In this document: one piece after another, positions 48,998-62,580 of the stretch | How positions within the stretch are numbered: the stretch's first letter is position 1 | How the letters are laid out: each line of letters begins with the position of its first letter | Origin: Malacoraja senta | Taxonomy: Eukaryota | NCBI GenBank assembly: GCA_038087875.1 | Contig: CM075993.1 | Location: 10,294,001 to 10,358,000 of the forward strand | Reading direction: 5' to 3' | Length of the DNA stretch: 64,000 nucleotides | Position numbers and translations under genes: made by a program | Notes under the pieces: model-generated | Seen by the model: the letters and a program-made list of their open reading frames with translations, nothing else | Database searches by the model: none | Told to the model about the DNA's origin: nothing

Positions 48998-51648
48998 GAA
49001 CCCAGCACATTGATGCAATCATAAAGAAAACCCAACAATGCCTCTACTTCCTTAGAAGATTGAGGAGATCTGCAATTTGAGAAGGAGAATGTTAAATCGG
49101 AAGTGTCAGTGATGCAGTTGAACAAAGGGAACTATGAAGGCATGAGAGAGGAGCTGGCCAAGATAGACTGGAAAGAGATCCTAGCAGGAATGACGGTGGA
49201 ACAGCAATGGCAGGAATTTCTGGGCATAATCCGGAAGACGCAGGATCATTTCATTCCAAAAAGGAAGAAAGATTCTAAGGGGAGGAGGAGGCAACTGTGG
49301 CTGACAAGAGGTTAGGGATAGAATAAAACTAAAAGAAGAGATGTATAACACAGCAAAGAGTAGCCGGAAGCCAGAGGATTGGGAGACTTTCATAGGACAA
49401 CAGAAGGAAACAAAACGGGCAATACGGGCTGAAAAGATGAAGTACAAGGGGAAGCTGGCCAGGAATGTGGAGAAGAACAGTAAAAGCTTCTTTAGATATG
49501 TTAAGGGAAAAACAATAGCAAAGTCAAATGTGGGTCCCTTGAAGGTAGACACGGGTGAAATTATTATGGGGATCAAGGAAATGGCAGAAGAGTTGAACAG
49601 GTACTTCGGATCTGTCTTCACTAAGGAAGACACAAACAATCTCCCAGACGTATGGGAGGACAGAGGATCTAAGGGGGTCGAGAAACTGAAATAAATTTTC
49701 ATTTGGTGAGAAGTAGTATTGGGTAGGCTAATGGGACTGAAGGATGATAAATCCCCTGGGCCTGATGGTCTGCATCCCAGGGTCCTCAGGGATGTGGCTC
49801 TAGAAATAGTGGACGCATTGGTGATCATTTTCCAATGTTCAATAGATTCAGGATCAGTTCCTGTGGATTGGAGGATAGCTAATGTTATCCCACTTTTCAA
49901 GAAAGGAGCGAGAGAGAAAACGGGGAGTTACAGACCAGTTAACCTGACTTCGGTGGTGGGAAAGATGCTGGAGTCAATTATTAAAGAGGTAATAATGGGG
50001 CATTTGGATAGCAGTAAAAGGATTAGTCCAAGTCAGCATGGATTTATGAAAGGAAAATCATGCTTGACTAATCTGGAATTTTTTAAGGATGTGACAAGTA
50101 AAATGGATGAAGGGGAGCCAGTGGATGTAGTGTATCTAGACTTTCAGAAAGCCTTCGATAAGGTCCCGCACGGGAGACTGGTGACTAAAATTAGAGCACA
50201 TGGCATTGGGGCTAGGGTGTTGACATGGATAGAAAATTGGTTGGCAGACAGGAAGCAAAGAGTAGGAGTGAACGGGTCCTTTTCAGAATGGCAGGCAGTG
50301 GCGAGTGGAGTGCCGCAAGGCTCGGTGTTGGGGCCACAACTGTTTACCATATATATTAATGATTTGGAAGAGGGAATTAGGAGCAACACAAGCAAGTTTG
50401 CGGATGACACAAAGCTGGGTGGCAGTGTGAACTGTGAAGAGGATGTTAGGAGGTTGCAGGGTGACCTGGACAGGTTGAGTGAGTGGGCAGATGCAGTATA
50501 ATATAGATAAATGTGAGGTTATCCACTTTGGTGGCAAAAACAAGGGGGCAGATTATTATCTCAATGGGGTTAGGTTAGGTAAGGGGGAGGTACAGCGAGA
50601 CCTGGGTGTCCTTGTACACGGGTCACTGAAAGTTGGCGTGAAGAAAACTAATGGAATGTTGGCCTTCATAACAAGAGGATTTCAGTATAGGAGTAGAGAG
50701 GTTCTTCTACAGTTGTATAGGGTTCTAGTGAGACCACATCTGGAGTATTGCGTACAGTTTTGGTCTCCTAATTTGAGGAAGGACATCCTTGTGAATGAGG
50801 CAGGTTCATGGGATTGATCCCTGGGATGGCGGGACTGTCATATGAGGAAAGATTGAAAAGACTAGGCTTGTATTCACTGGAGTTTAGAAGGATGAGGGGG
50901 GATCTTATAGAAACATATAGAACATATAAAATTATAAAAGGACTGGACAGGCTAGATGCAGGAAAAATGTTCCCAATGTTGGGCGAGTCCAGAACCAGGG
51001 GTCACAGTCTTTGAATAAAGGGGAGACCATTTAAGACTGTGAGAAAAAACATTTTCACCCAGAGAGTTGTGAATTTGTGGAATTCCCTGCTACAGAGGGC
51101 AGTGGAGGCCAAATCACTGGATGGATTTAAGAGAGTTAGATAGAGCTCTGGGGGCTAGTGGAATAAAGGGATATGGGGAGAAGGCAGGCACGGGTTATTG
51201 ATTGGGGACGATCAGCCATGATCACAATGAATGGTGGTGCTGGCTCGAAGGGCCGTATGGCCTCCTCCTGCACCTATTTTCTATATTTCTATGAGATTCA
51301 GTAAGTCAACAAAAACTCTCTTGAACCTCTGTAATTGTATGGTGAAGAGCATATTGACTGGTTGCATTACAGCCTGATTTGGTAACTCAAACACCCAGGA
51401 ACAAAGGAGATTACAAAAAGTGGTGAACACTGGCCGGTTCATTACGGGTACTGACCTCCCTACCATTGAAGGGATCTGGAAGAGTCACTGTCTCAAAAAG
51501 GCAGCCAGTATCATCAAGGATTCCCACCATCCTGGCAACTGTCTCATTTCATTCCTGGTATCGGGAAGAAGGCATAGGAGTCTGAAAACTGTAGTGTTAA
51601 GGTTCAGGAGCAGCTTCTTTCCAACAACCATCAGGCTATTGAACACCA
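48998..51648 (+). mobile_element. Rex1 3' fragment split by CR1 (48998-49069 and 51293-51648)
   Basis: [18 protein letters not shown]..; CLKKAASIIKDSHHPG..SGRRHRSLKT..SFFPTTIRLLN. Confidence 0.8.
49070..51292 (+). mobile_element. 5'-truncated CR1 LINE, RT to 3' end, flanked by GAGAT
   Basis: ORFs 49341..49694, 49719..50501 ([37 protein letters not shown]), 50479..50817 and 50808..51014. Confidence 0.93.
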
Positions 51649-51649
51649 A

Positions 51650-52110
51650 AGATATACACAAATTGCTAGAGTAACTCAGCGGGTAAGGCAACATCTTTGG
51701 ACAAAAGCAGTAGGAGGCCCTTCTTCAGACTGAGAGTCAGGGGAGAGGGAAACTGAAGGTATAAGTAGGTACAAAGAACAAAAGAATGAAAGGTAGAAAA
51801 AGAACAAGTCGAGGCCAGCAAGGATGATCAAGGAAAGGTGGAGGCACGATGGTCCTTTGTTGGCTGTGGAAGAGATGATAACAAAGGAGTAAGATGAGTG
51901 AAACTAAGCAGGACGACAGTAAAACCAGTAAGATGACTAGGGTGGAGGAGGGGAGGGACGGAGAGAGAGGGAATGCAAAGGTTACTTAAAATGAGTGAAA
52001 TCAATATTCATACCGCTAGGTTGTAAGCTGCCTACACAAAATATGAGGTGCTGTTCCTCCAATTTGCATTTGGCCTCACTATGACATTGGAGGCGGCCCA
52101 GGACAGAAAG
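51650..52110 (-). mobile_element. Penelope-like 3' fragment
   Basis: 52010-52110 is homologous to 21805-21910 (GIY-YIG C-terminus), followed by the terminal repeat. Confidence 0.7.
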
Positions 52111-52557
52111 CTCCTCCACTGTCAGAATGGAGTGTTTGCCGATCCTGTCTGTGGATATGGTTCAAATTTAATTTGGTCACGATTGGTGCTTTGATATGCC
52201 TGCTACGGGCGAGTGCAAGATAGGAAAGCAAGATGCATGGTGCTTTTATATCGTGCATTTTGTACTGGGTTTGATGTCTTATTCATCATTCACTGTGCCT
52301 TGCATGGCTAAAGGCATTGCTGACATATTGAAGGGTCTAGATCAGGGGGAACAGTTTCCCATTGGTCCTATTCATTAATTGGACTGCAATAGGAAGTTTG
52401 TTGGATGTGACATTTTGCATTGTGGCAAGAAATGTTGAAGATAGCATTGGGGCAAAGGACCAGGCTTGCTTGACACCAATGTGTGCCGTGATAGATCTAT
52501 GGATTAGAAGCATATGCTGTTAAGTAGCTGAAGTGAAATGGAGATGGGGTTCTGTGA

Positions 52558-52560
<3 letters not shown>

Positions 52561-52591
<31 letters not shown>
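52561..52591. repeat. (TG)n microsatellite
   Basis: Direct reading. Confidence 0.95.
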
Positions 52592-52593
<2 letters not shown>

Positions 52594-55500
52594 GGTGCAT
52601 GACTGATGCTCTTCCTTGACAAAAACAAAGACTTTAGTGAGGTTGAAAAGGACCCAGGTAAAGCGTTTAATGCCATCGCACCATTTCTCAGAGTAGCTGT
52701 ATGATGAAGATGATGACCTCAATGCATCCAGATCAGTAGGGTCCACATTGCGAAAAGGAAACAATTTTTAATTCTTGGAGCTCATTCAAATGAATGTGAT
52801 GGTAGATCTTATTGCCATCCATTAAATACATCCATCCACTACCACTAGACAATGGTGAGTCCCAGTGCAGGGTATACACCAACATCTAACCTCCAACTTA
52901 TCTTGCATTCCCTCATTTGACCATGCTTGTATGTCTGAGGCAAGCTGAATTACAGATAGGCATCAGTTCCTTGTGGCAGTCTATGCTACAGATAAGCCCC
53001 TTCTGGGCTATGATTAAACCTTTAATCAAATCAAATTCCTCGTATGTTGCAGAACACACTAATAAAGTATGATTATGATTAATGTGTGGTAATAGCTGAA
53101 AAATTGAAATTGCCCGTTTAATGTTACTTGCATCCAATTATCGTTTTACATCGTGGTTCTCGTGGATAGGTAGATTATTATTTGTTCATAATGGGGAGCC
53201 AAATAGGGGAAGAACATTTTTAGATGTGACTATTTCATTAGTTTTGACAATTCTATTTCCTCTTGAGGAAAATCTCAGTCAGAAATAGGAATATAATGCT
53301 GGAAATAGTCAACAAATTGGAGTGAAACTAGACACTGCACAATAAAACTTTAAAATGTTTATTTGGTTGTCAGTGCATGGAAAGAGCCTCGTCTTTATTT
53401 GTTCAGAAGAAGAAAATAATTTTTATACCTGGGACATTCCGATATTCCCAAACCTTTCCAACTTGCCTCCTTTAAGATGTTCCATAAAATCAGCTTCTTT
53501 GACTAAGGGCTTGGTCTTGTGACCTAACATCTCCTTTGTGGCGTAGTGTCAAGTTCAGTTTGGAAACACTCATGTGAAGTGCCTCGGGAGGCTTTACTGA
53601 GTTGACTGTCTTTGATTTAAATCTGGTGAGCAAACAGCTGCTTTTATCCTTGGTCTGTTGCTGAAGCACCTCCTTGTATTTTGCACCTCCTTGTATGTTC
53701 TAACATGCACGCTCATATTATATGTTGGTGAAAATTCACTGTCATGTGGGGAAGAGTCGTTGGAAGAAATGGTGCACAGCTGCAGTTAGTATTTAAAGGA
53801 GCCGCTTCATTTGTACGAAATTAGAAATTGCTTCTCGGTGTTATTGCTGTGGAGGTACCTTTACATATGAAGTGCAGTGCAGGATCATTGTCATGTTTAA
53901 CTTTTCACAGATGTATACAGTGTGCACAGTAAATTTTGTTCAAGAACTGATACAAATTTCTAGATGCACAAGGAAGTATGTCAAAAGCCTAGAAGAAAAA
54001 TGTTGCCACAAATTTCCAATCAACGCATGTATGCTTGTGCAGCTGTGAATGTACTTAACTCAAATTCTATATAATTCCTCTCAACTTAATTAAAGTAAAC
54101 CCTCGTTATAACGGATCTCTTTATAACGGATTTTGGTTATAGTGGACTGACCTACCTGATGGCTGCCTGGCAGCCTCCCAGCAGCTTACAGCACCGGCTA
54201 CCCGCGCTGCCCCAGTTCACGCCGCTTCCAAGCAGGACCTTCTGCCGCCACTGTGGGCCCGCACTGCTTCCTTGCCCACACCTGCCACTGCCAACCTTTA
54301 CCTGCACTCTGACAGCCAGTGGCCATGGACTCCGCTGATCCTCAGACTCCCCCGCTGCCAGCAGTCAACACACCGTTGGCAACGTACCATTGTGATGTCA
54401 TTTGTAAATTTGATCCATTGTGATTGGACGTCTGTGTGGCATTGTGACATCATCATTGGAACCTGCTGGAAAAAGGCTGTGTGTGAGAAGCGTTTTTTAG
54501 CTTTTTTTAAAACTTTAATCGTGAATAACTGGTGAAATATAGGATGAAATCTTAAGTGAATCTGATTAAGACGTGGAGGGGAAAGATGCGAGTCAGATTA
54601 TGTAAAAATTTAAGCGCGTAGCGTCTTGAGGAAGATACAAAAAAAACAAAGGTACAAACATACAACACACAAGATGAGACTTTTATAGGGATGGATGGAT
54701 GCTGGAGGTACAATGGCAAAATTTAAAAGACATTTGGACAGGTACATGGATAGGAAAGTTTGGAGGGATATGGGCCAAACATGGACAATTAGAACTAGCT
54801 TAGATGGGGTATCATGGTTGGCATGGACAATTAACCCAAAAGGCCTATTTTGTTGATGTAGGACTTTCTAGTTAAATGTCCAAAGTATTACTACAAAGAG
54901 ATACTCCGTTTTTTAATAGTTTTATGATATTTTTATAAAGGTTTGTTAATCAGTGAAAAGACAAAACATGAAGTCTTTTTTTAATCTGTTCTCTCACTAC
55001 ATGAAAGAACAGGACAGTATTACGAGTTCTGTCTGTCCGTAGATGTGGAGCTACGTTTAATGCTTAGGATTGTTAACTAGTGTTCTTGTGAAGTGTGCAC
55101 CTAAAAATGGTTGGACTAGTGAAGGAAGCTAGAGTGCCAGACCTAAATGGGAATAGAAGAGCAAATTGACATGATGAGTTACAGAGAAATCATGATGCTA
55201 CTAAGGAATGTAGGAACTGGAGACGGCCATTCAGCTTTCAAGGACATTTCATAGTTACATCTTGGCTAATATTCCAAGTTGACCTAGATAGTTCCATATT
55301 CCTTAGCATCTTTGTACAAATATAGATGAGTTATGAAACAATTACCCAGTCTGTATGATATCTAAAAAAGAATGTAAATACAACTTGGACATACTAGAAA
55401 AATATTGTACTCTAATCACTGCTATGGGAATGGTAGGAAGTGTATTGCTTCTGATGCAAGTACCAGGAAAAGACACTGAGCCATGCGATGTGAAAAATGA

Positions 55501-56525
55501 GCACATGTAGCACTGGCAAAACAAAGTGAAGGTGTGCATTCTGGCTGTCAAATAATCAGCTGGATGATTAACTGTGCAGAAGGGAGGGGAATCTTGATAT
55601 TGATTAGTGGTGGCAATGGAGAATCAAGAAATGGGCTGATCATAGCTCATGTGTCTGAAGTAGAGTTATAACGTTGCATGTGTTATAATACTGAATAGAA
55701 GGGCCAAACAAACTGGTTTTCCTCATGAACAGTATTTTCATGCTGTGTCCTGTTGCTGTTTCACTTCCCCAACCTCTCTGATCTTTTCTTAAATTTGACC
55801 TTTCTCCATAATGTTCAGTCTGTGAGCACATTCTTCTGCAAATAAAATGTTATCCTTGCATTTATACTTAATTCTGTGAGGTTGTGCAATACACTACCTG
55901 GTCATTTTTATTTTGTTTCCTTTAAATCCTTTCATAATTCCAGTATCTCTCAAATCACCTCTGTTCCAACACAACACCGTTTTTAATGTCTTGCTTTATA
56001 TTTGTGGTTCCAATGCTTGCAACAACAGAGTGTATCCATGCGGAATCTCCTGCCTCAGCATCCTTCCCAAACTGTGGAAACAGTTATTCACTCGCCAGCT
56101 ACAGTTTCAGGTGCTGTAGATCATTCATAGAAATTAGTAAATGTAATTGTGAAAAAAGTGAAAATACTAGATTCCAGTTAAGGCCACAATATTTTTTGTT
56201 TTGATTGTCTGACCTCAGTCGCTGTAGGCATGTACTCTCTCTGACCAGTGGATTTGTTCCAGGTTCTCTGGTTTCATCCCACATTGAACAGATGCGGGTT
56301 AGAGAGTTAACTGGCCTCTTGATTGCTTCTTGTATGTAGACGAGTGATGGAATCTGGGGAGTGTTTCTGGGGAATGTGGGGGGAATAAAAAGGGATTAAT
56401 GTAATTGAATGTAAACTTGGTAGGTCGAAGTGACCATTTCCATGCATTTAAAACTATGATTATCAAATGTCAAAGATGTTTGGTCAGCTGTCACAAATCT
56501 ACAATAAAAGTGAACGCACAATATA

Positions 56526-57709
56526 TCTATAATTATAAAACTCTGATCTTGGATGTGGATGTATTTATTTGTGTATTTGTTCGTCTGTGATTCACATCTC
56601 CTCGAAAACACGACGCGCTAACGGTGAAATTTTTACATATTCCGAATAAGATTTACGCCATGATGTCAAAAATCGCCTCATCTGAAAATTTGATGCATTA
56701 CTTCCTGTTACTTGTGAAAATGTTCAAAAATGTCAAATAACTTGGTAAATAAACGAGATGGTCTCGCTGATGACGTCACAATGGCTCTGCCTGCCTGCCT
56801 GCCTGCTCGCGCTGTCACAATGGATCTGCCTCTGCTCGCCCTGCGAGTGACGTCACCCCTGTTCTGTCTTCTGTACTTCTTGGCTTCTTAACCTTCACTT
56901 CTTTAAATTAGTCACTTAGCGTTTTTAAACTGCTGCTCAGGTCGTGCTGCACGCTCCACTGGGCTCCTTGAAGTTCTAGAACATTGCGGCGGCGGCCGTT
57001 ATCTCCGCGCGGGTGCGGGACAGCGCGAGAGAGGAGGGGGGGGGAGAGGAGGAGAGAGAGGGGGGGAGGAGGAGAGAGGGGGGGGAGGAGGAGAGGGGGG
57101 GGGGAGAGAGGAGAGAGGGGGGAGGAGAGAGGAGAGGGGGGGAAGAGGAGGAGGAGAGGGGGGAGAGGAGAGAGGAGAGAGAGGGGGGGTGGAGGAGAGG
57201 GGAGGAGAGGAGAGGGGAGGGGAGGAGGAGGAGGGGGGGGAGGAGGAGGAGGGGGGCTCTGGACCCGGCCCCCCCCATCCCTTTCTGCGCGCCCCCCTCC
57301 CTTCCTGCACCCCCCTCCCTTCCTGCGCGCCCCTCTCCCTTTCTGCGCGCCCCCCTCCCTTTCTGCATGCCCCCCTCCCTTTCTGCGCTCCACCCCCTCC
57401 CTCTCCATCCCCCTCTCCATCCCCCTCTCCATCCCCCTCTCCATGCCCCTCTCCATGCCCCCTCCAGCCGCGCCTGTGCAGTTGGGAGTTATGCGTGAGT
57501 GGATAGGGTGGGGGATGGGGTAAAAGGAGCGAATGAATAATATTTATATAATATCAAGGGGGGTTAGTGTGTGTGTGGGGGTAATTAGTGAGTGTGGGGG
57601 TGGTTAGTGTGTTTGTGTGACGCTGCAGGCCGCTCCCCCCCCTCCCCTCCCCTCCCCACTGCAACCGCACGTTGAGGGGCCGGGACCCAATGGGTCCCCC
57701 TTGGTGTAG
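56526..57709 (+). mobile_element. Non-autonomous Helitron, same family as 24191-24863
   Basis: A|TCTATAATTATAAAACTCTGATCTTG...GGGACCCAATGGGTCCC-CCTTGGT-GTAG|T, with a purine-rich low-complexity interior. Confidence 0.8.
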
Positions 57710-60700
57710 TAGTTAATAAAAGTGGTAGCTGTGTTCTAAATGGTGGAAGCTAAAATCATGATGGAAAGTGCTACATATATCTAGACATTATTTAGCATTA
57801 TTTAACATTTGTCAGCAATGCACATCCATGAGTAAAATTACACCACTGCACGTTTGTGTTTAGAATCTCCTGTGCCATTTTTATTCATTTATTTTCCATA
57901 TCTCCTTACATTAGAAGGAGACCATTTTGCCCATCAAGTCTGTGCCAATTGATAGAGCAATCCCATTCTAACCTATTCGCAAGTTCAAGTTCAAGAGAGT
58001 TTATTGTCATGTGTCCCAGATAGGACACAACAGTATATTGTTGGAATAAATAAATACAGAACAGATCAGTGTGTCCATATACCATTGAATATATACATAC
58101 CCAACGTTCCCTTCAATTTTACCATGTCATCCTATAGCATTTAGGTGTTGATAGCGGGACCAGCACTTATTGTCCATCTGTAATTGCTCTGATAAAGTGA
58201 TGGTGAATTGGTTAATTGAATTGAAACATTCTTTGTGACAAAGTTATAACCACAGTTTTATAGGACGTGGAGTTCCAGGATGTACACCCAGCAACAATGA
58301 GCAGCCATTTATTTCAAATCGGGGATTTAGTCTTGCTAAATTGCATATTTGGGAGGTGCTGATCGATAGACCTGATGAGTAGCTACTGTGCACGTAGTAG
58401 ATGATATACACAAGAGGCTTGGGTGTGCTAGGAGTGAAAGTTTAGGATGATGGATGGGAAACCAGTCAAGTGGGCTTCTTTGACTTAGATGATGCCAAGC
58501 TCATTGAGTCTTGTTGGAACTGCATTCTTTCACTTTGCCTTTGTAGAAATGGAAAAACTGGTGTGTAGTAACTCGTTGTAAGACACCCATCCTACTACTG
58601 TGTCCTGTGATTTGACAGCTGGGTTATTGGTGGTGCTAAGGACCAATTTTGCCATCCTCCCAGAGTATATCCTGTGCCTTAGCTTTTTTTAGTGCTTCAA
58701 AGCATTGTTCAGCACATTGATCTGTGTAGAAGGGTCTCGATCTGAAACGTCACACATTCCTTCTCTCCAGAGATGCTGCCTGTTCCGCTGAGTTACTCCA
58801 GCTTTTTGTGTCTATCTTCGGTTTAAACCAGCATCTGCAATTCCTTCTTACACATAATCAATAGGATGTTTCCTTACAAATGTTTAACTAGATGCCAAAT
58901 GATTTCATGGGGTCTGATTCATTTGAGAAATTTGGGAACACTATCTTGTCATCCCAAATGAATCGCTATACAATAATTGTGAAAAAGAGGGTGACCTTGG
59001 CTATAAGTTTAAATTCTGTGTGTGTTTATGTCTGGCTGTTTGGCTGGTACAAGGATGGTGTTCAATCATGAGGAAGACTTTACAAGGTTGAATTGGCTGA
59101 GAGAGGCATTGCTCTAACTGAATCTGAAGCCTAGATTGATGCCATATCTATCAATGCAATTTTATTCTTATTTTATAACCTCACAGTTTTGATGAAAAGA
59201 TTAGGCCATTTCAGGGGCAGTGAGGAGTCATCTACATTACCTTTTGTTGGAATCATTGTCCTGAAAGGGCAGAGTATTTCCCTCCCTGCAGTTAAAAAAA
59301 AAAAAAAATGAAAAGTGCAACTTCACTTATTGTATGGAATCAGAAATACACATGTTTGAAACTAGGTGTTTAAAATGGTCTACTAATATTTTAGCTTGCT
59401 TGTTATTCAAGAAGTTAATCCATTGAATTATATAATGTTAATGTTAATTATATAATATTAATGAACATTAAATAGAAACCTTACTTCAGTTTGATTCCCA
59501 TGGGATTGATTCAAGAAATAGCTGCCTTTCGTAACATACCTCGATCTCTACTAATTATAAATACAGATTATCCTTTTTTTTTAATCTGGATGGTAGTAGC
59601 CACTTATCATGGCTGTAGTTGCTTGATTTTATTTGTGCAGCCTCCATTTTAATTAGTTTGCCACTGCTCTCAGGCCTTAAGCTTGCAAATTCTCTCTCTG
59701 GACATGCACATCAAATGTAACTGAAAACGGGTCTCCCATTCCTTCTCTCCAGAGATGCTTCCTGACCCGCTGAGTTACTCCAGCATTTTGTGTCAACCTT
59801 TAAATGTAACTTTTCCTTTTTTATCATCTGTCCTGGTGCTGTTCACTATTATATTTTATTTAACAGATTTATAACAAATATGAAAGGATGATTTGTTCAC
59901 ATAATGCATGTTGCTTTTATTGTTACTGAATATTCTGGTGAACTTGGATCCTTGATTATTTGATTGTTTATGTCTTTGTCACAGGAGTTCTTTTGCTGAT
60001 GCTGAAGACACTTCAAATGGGTTTAGCATTCTTTAGATTCTATTGTTTTTTTTCAATCATTTAAAATCTTCTGGAAGAAGATAAGTCAATCATAATGCCT
60101 TTTGTATGGAATCGTAGGTCAGTCTGGTCTCGACCCAAAACACTCTCGATCCATTTCCCTCCACAGATACTGCCTGACCCACTGAATTCACTGAGCACTT
60201 TGCTTTTTGCTTAATATTACAGCATCTACAGTTGTATCTCCAAATTAAATTTCCCCCTTGTTTGAGTTCATAAGTCTGTTAGTAATCAGGCATTTGTTGT
60301 GCATGTTGAGACTCATGCAGACCTTTTTTTTGTTTGCGTTCTGGCAGCTTGCCAAATACATTGGCATTTATCATTATTGACATTCACAGTAAACAGTTTT
60401 ATAATGCTTGAATAGGATAAGAGTTTTCCCGATAGTAAATCAGAACATTTGAACTTCATACTGCTATATGGATGCGAGATTATAATTTAATTTGATATTT
60501 CAATCCATTACTGAGAGCTGTGTGCATGTTGCGGGTACAAACGCTCTCATGCGTTTTGAAGCAGTCCCTAACTGGGTGCTCAGAAAATATCTTGGGCGTT
60601 CCAAGAACTCGGCTGTACTGTTTTGTACTCAATACTGAAATAAACTCTGGATGTACATTTGCTACTTCTGGAGTCGTGCTGTGTGCAGAGTGGCTGCTAT

Positions 60701-61629
60701 TTCCTTAAGTAACAACAGTGACCCCGACTTGAAATTAATTCAACTGCTTCCATTCTTGTGTTCTATAACATTTTATTATAGGGAACTATCCCAAATGCTC
60801 TTTATATATTTGTTCTTGCAGCCACCCGTTCCAACTTGATTATCTCTATCTGCATGCCAATTAAAGTTTCTCATTATTTTTGCAGTGGTATTTTTTCTCT
60901 TACCTTTCTTTGATTGTTTTGTACCATTCCTGCAGTGTGACTGCTATTTGGGAGATCTATATGCAATTTTAACTTTCTTCCCCTTGCTTTTTGTAACCAC
61001 TACCCAAATGGTATTGGCATCTTCTGAGCTTAGAATGCTTCTCACAACTACTTATTTCATCTTTATTAACAATTCTCTCCTGTTGACTTGCCCTTCCCAC
61101 CTGTTCTTGCCAGTGCAATATTCCTAAACTCTGAAGTTCTTAGATTTGTTTTTCTTATAACCATGTCTCTTGTAGTGGCTTTCCACACAACAGGATTCCA
61201 ACACTCTGTGGTATTTCCATTGCTTTTATCAACCTTAATCAACTGAGCAAGGTTCAGTTGATTTGGCATTATTTCAGTCCAAACATTCATGCCCTCCATC
61301 ACAGCATGCCATAGCTGCAGTACATACCATCTGCAAAATCCACTTTGCCTGCTCATTGGATAGGTAAATATTTTGTACTTTTATTATGCAGTTGCATAAA
61401 CTGCTCAAAGATTTTGATTGACGGATAATACCTGCATAATTTATATCCCACTGCTATTTTCTGCTTCGCTATTCATTTGTTTCACCACTTCCACTGTCAG
61501 AGCATGCATGATGTGTTTATATCATAATGCTGCATGTATGGAGAAGATTATGACAAATGTCAGTATTCAAGAAGCCAATGTCTAAAATGTTAACTCTCAT
61601 CTTAATGGTTTTCTTTTGTTTTAGGTCCA

Positions 61630-61644
61630 ATGGCAATAAAGTGA
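61630..61644 (+). promoter_or_regulatory. 4-codon upstream ORF (MAIK*) in the HERC1 5' UTR
   Basis: ATG GCA ATA AAG TGA lies inside the exon (acceptor ttttgttttAG|G at 61625) and ends 6 nt before the main ATG. Confidence 0.6.
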
Positions 61645-61650
61645 TCAATC

Positions 61651-62580
61651 ATGGCTCTAATGATCCCCACAGTCAAGCTAAAATGGCTGGAGCATCTCAA
61701 CAGCTCCTGGATCACAGAAGACAGTGAGTCCATTGCCACAAGAGAGGGTGTTTCTGTTTTGTACAATAAGCTAGCTAACAGTAAGGAAGTGATACCACTA
61801 CCACAGCAAGTACTCTGCCTTAAGGGACCCCAGTTACCAGATTTTGAACGCGAGTCCCTCTCTAGTGATGAACAAGAACATTATCTGGATGCTCTCCTCA
61901 GTAGCCAGCTGGCTCTGGCAAAGATGGTTTGCTCAGATTCACCATTTGCAGCAGCCCTTCGGAAACGATTACTTGTGTTGCAGCGTGTTTTTTATGCTCT
62001 TTCCAACAAATACCATGACAAAGGTAAAGTTAAACAGCAGCAGCATTCGCCCGAAAGCAGTTCTGGATCAATTGACATCCATTCTGTCAGTGAACGCCCA
62101 AGATCCAGTACAGATGCTCTAATTGAGATGGGTGTTCGGACTGGATTGAGTTTATTATTTGCACTATTACGACAGAGCTGGATGGTGCCTTCTACAGTGC
62201 CAGGGCTCAACCTCTGCAATGATGTTATCCATACAGCAATAGATGTGATTAGCTCTTTACCACCACTATCTTTAGCAAATGAAAGCAAAATTCCTGCAAT
62301 GGGACTGGACTGCTTATCTCAAGTAACGACATTCCTGAAGGGAGTTACAATGCCGAACTCGGGAGCTGATATTTTGGGGAGAAGACTAGCATCAGAACTG
62401 CTGCTTGGACTTGCAGCCCAGCGGGGTTCTCTGCGATACTTTTTAGAGTGGATAGAAATGGCATTGGCTGCATCTGCTGCTGTTAGTACCATGGAAAACA
62501 CAAAACCGTCTGCGAGTCGGGAAGGAATGATCGGCTATGATTGTTTCATGAATATTCTCATGCAGATGAGGCGTTCTTTG
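61651..62580 (+). CDS. HERC1: HERC1 E3 ubiquitin ligase, first coding exon (310 codons; gene continues beyond the window)
   Basis: VKLKWLEHLNSSWITEDSESIATREG..SSTDALIEMGVRTGLSLLFALLRQSW..LGLAAQRGSLRY..MQMRRSL is recognised as the vertebrate HERC1 N-terminus. Strong Kozak ATCATGG, acceptor at 61623-61624, donor TTG|GTAGGT at 62581. Confidence 0.97.

Noticed and set aside
54093..54150. Complete Tigger/TcMar element
   Set aside because: Only one TIR-like end (AGTAAACCCTCGTTATAACGGA) found; no partner TIR or transposase.
56908..57523. Several 100-180 aa Pro/Gly/Arg/Glu-rich ORFs
   Set aside because: Translations of the low-complexity interior of a Helitron.
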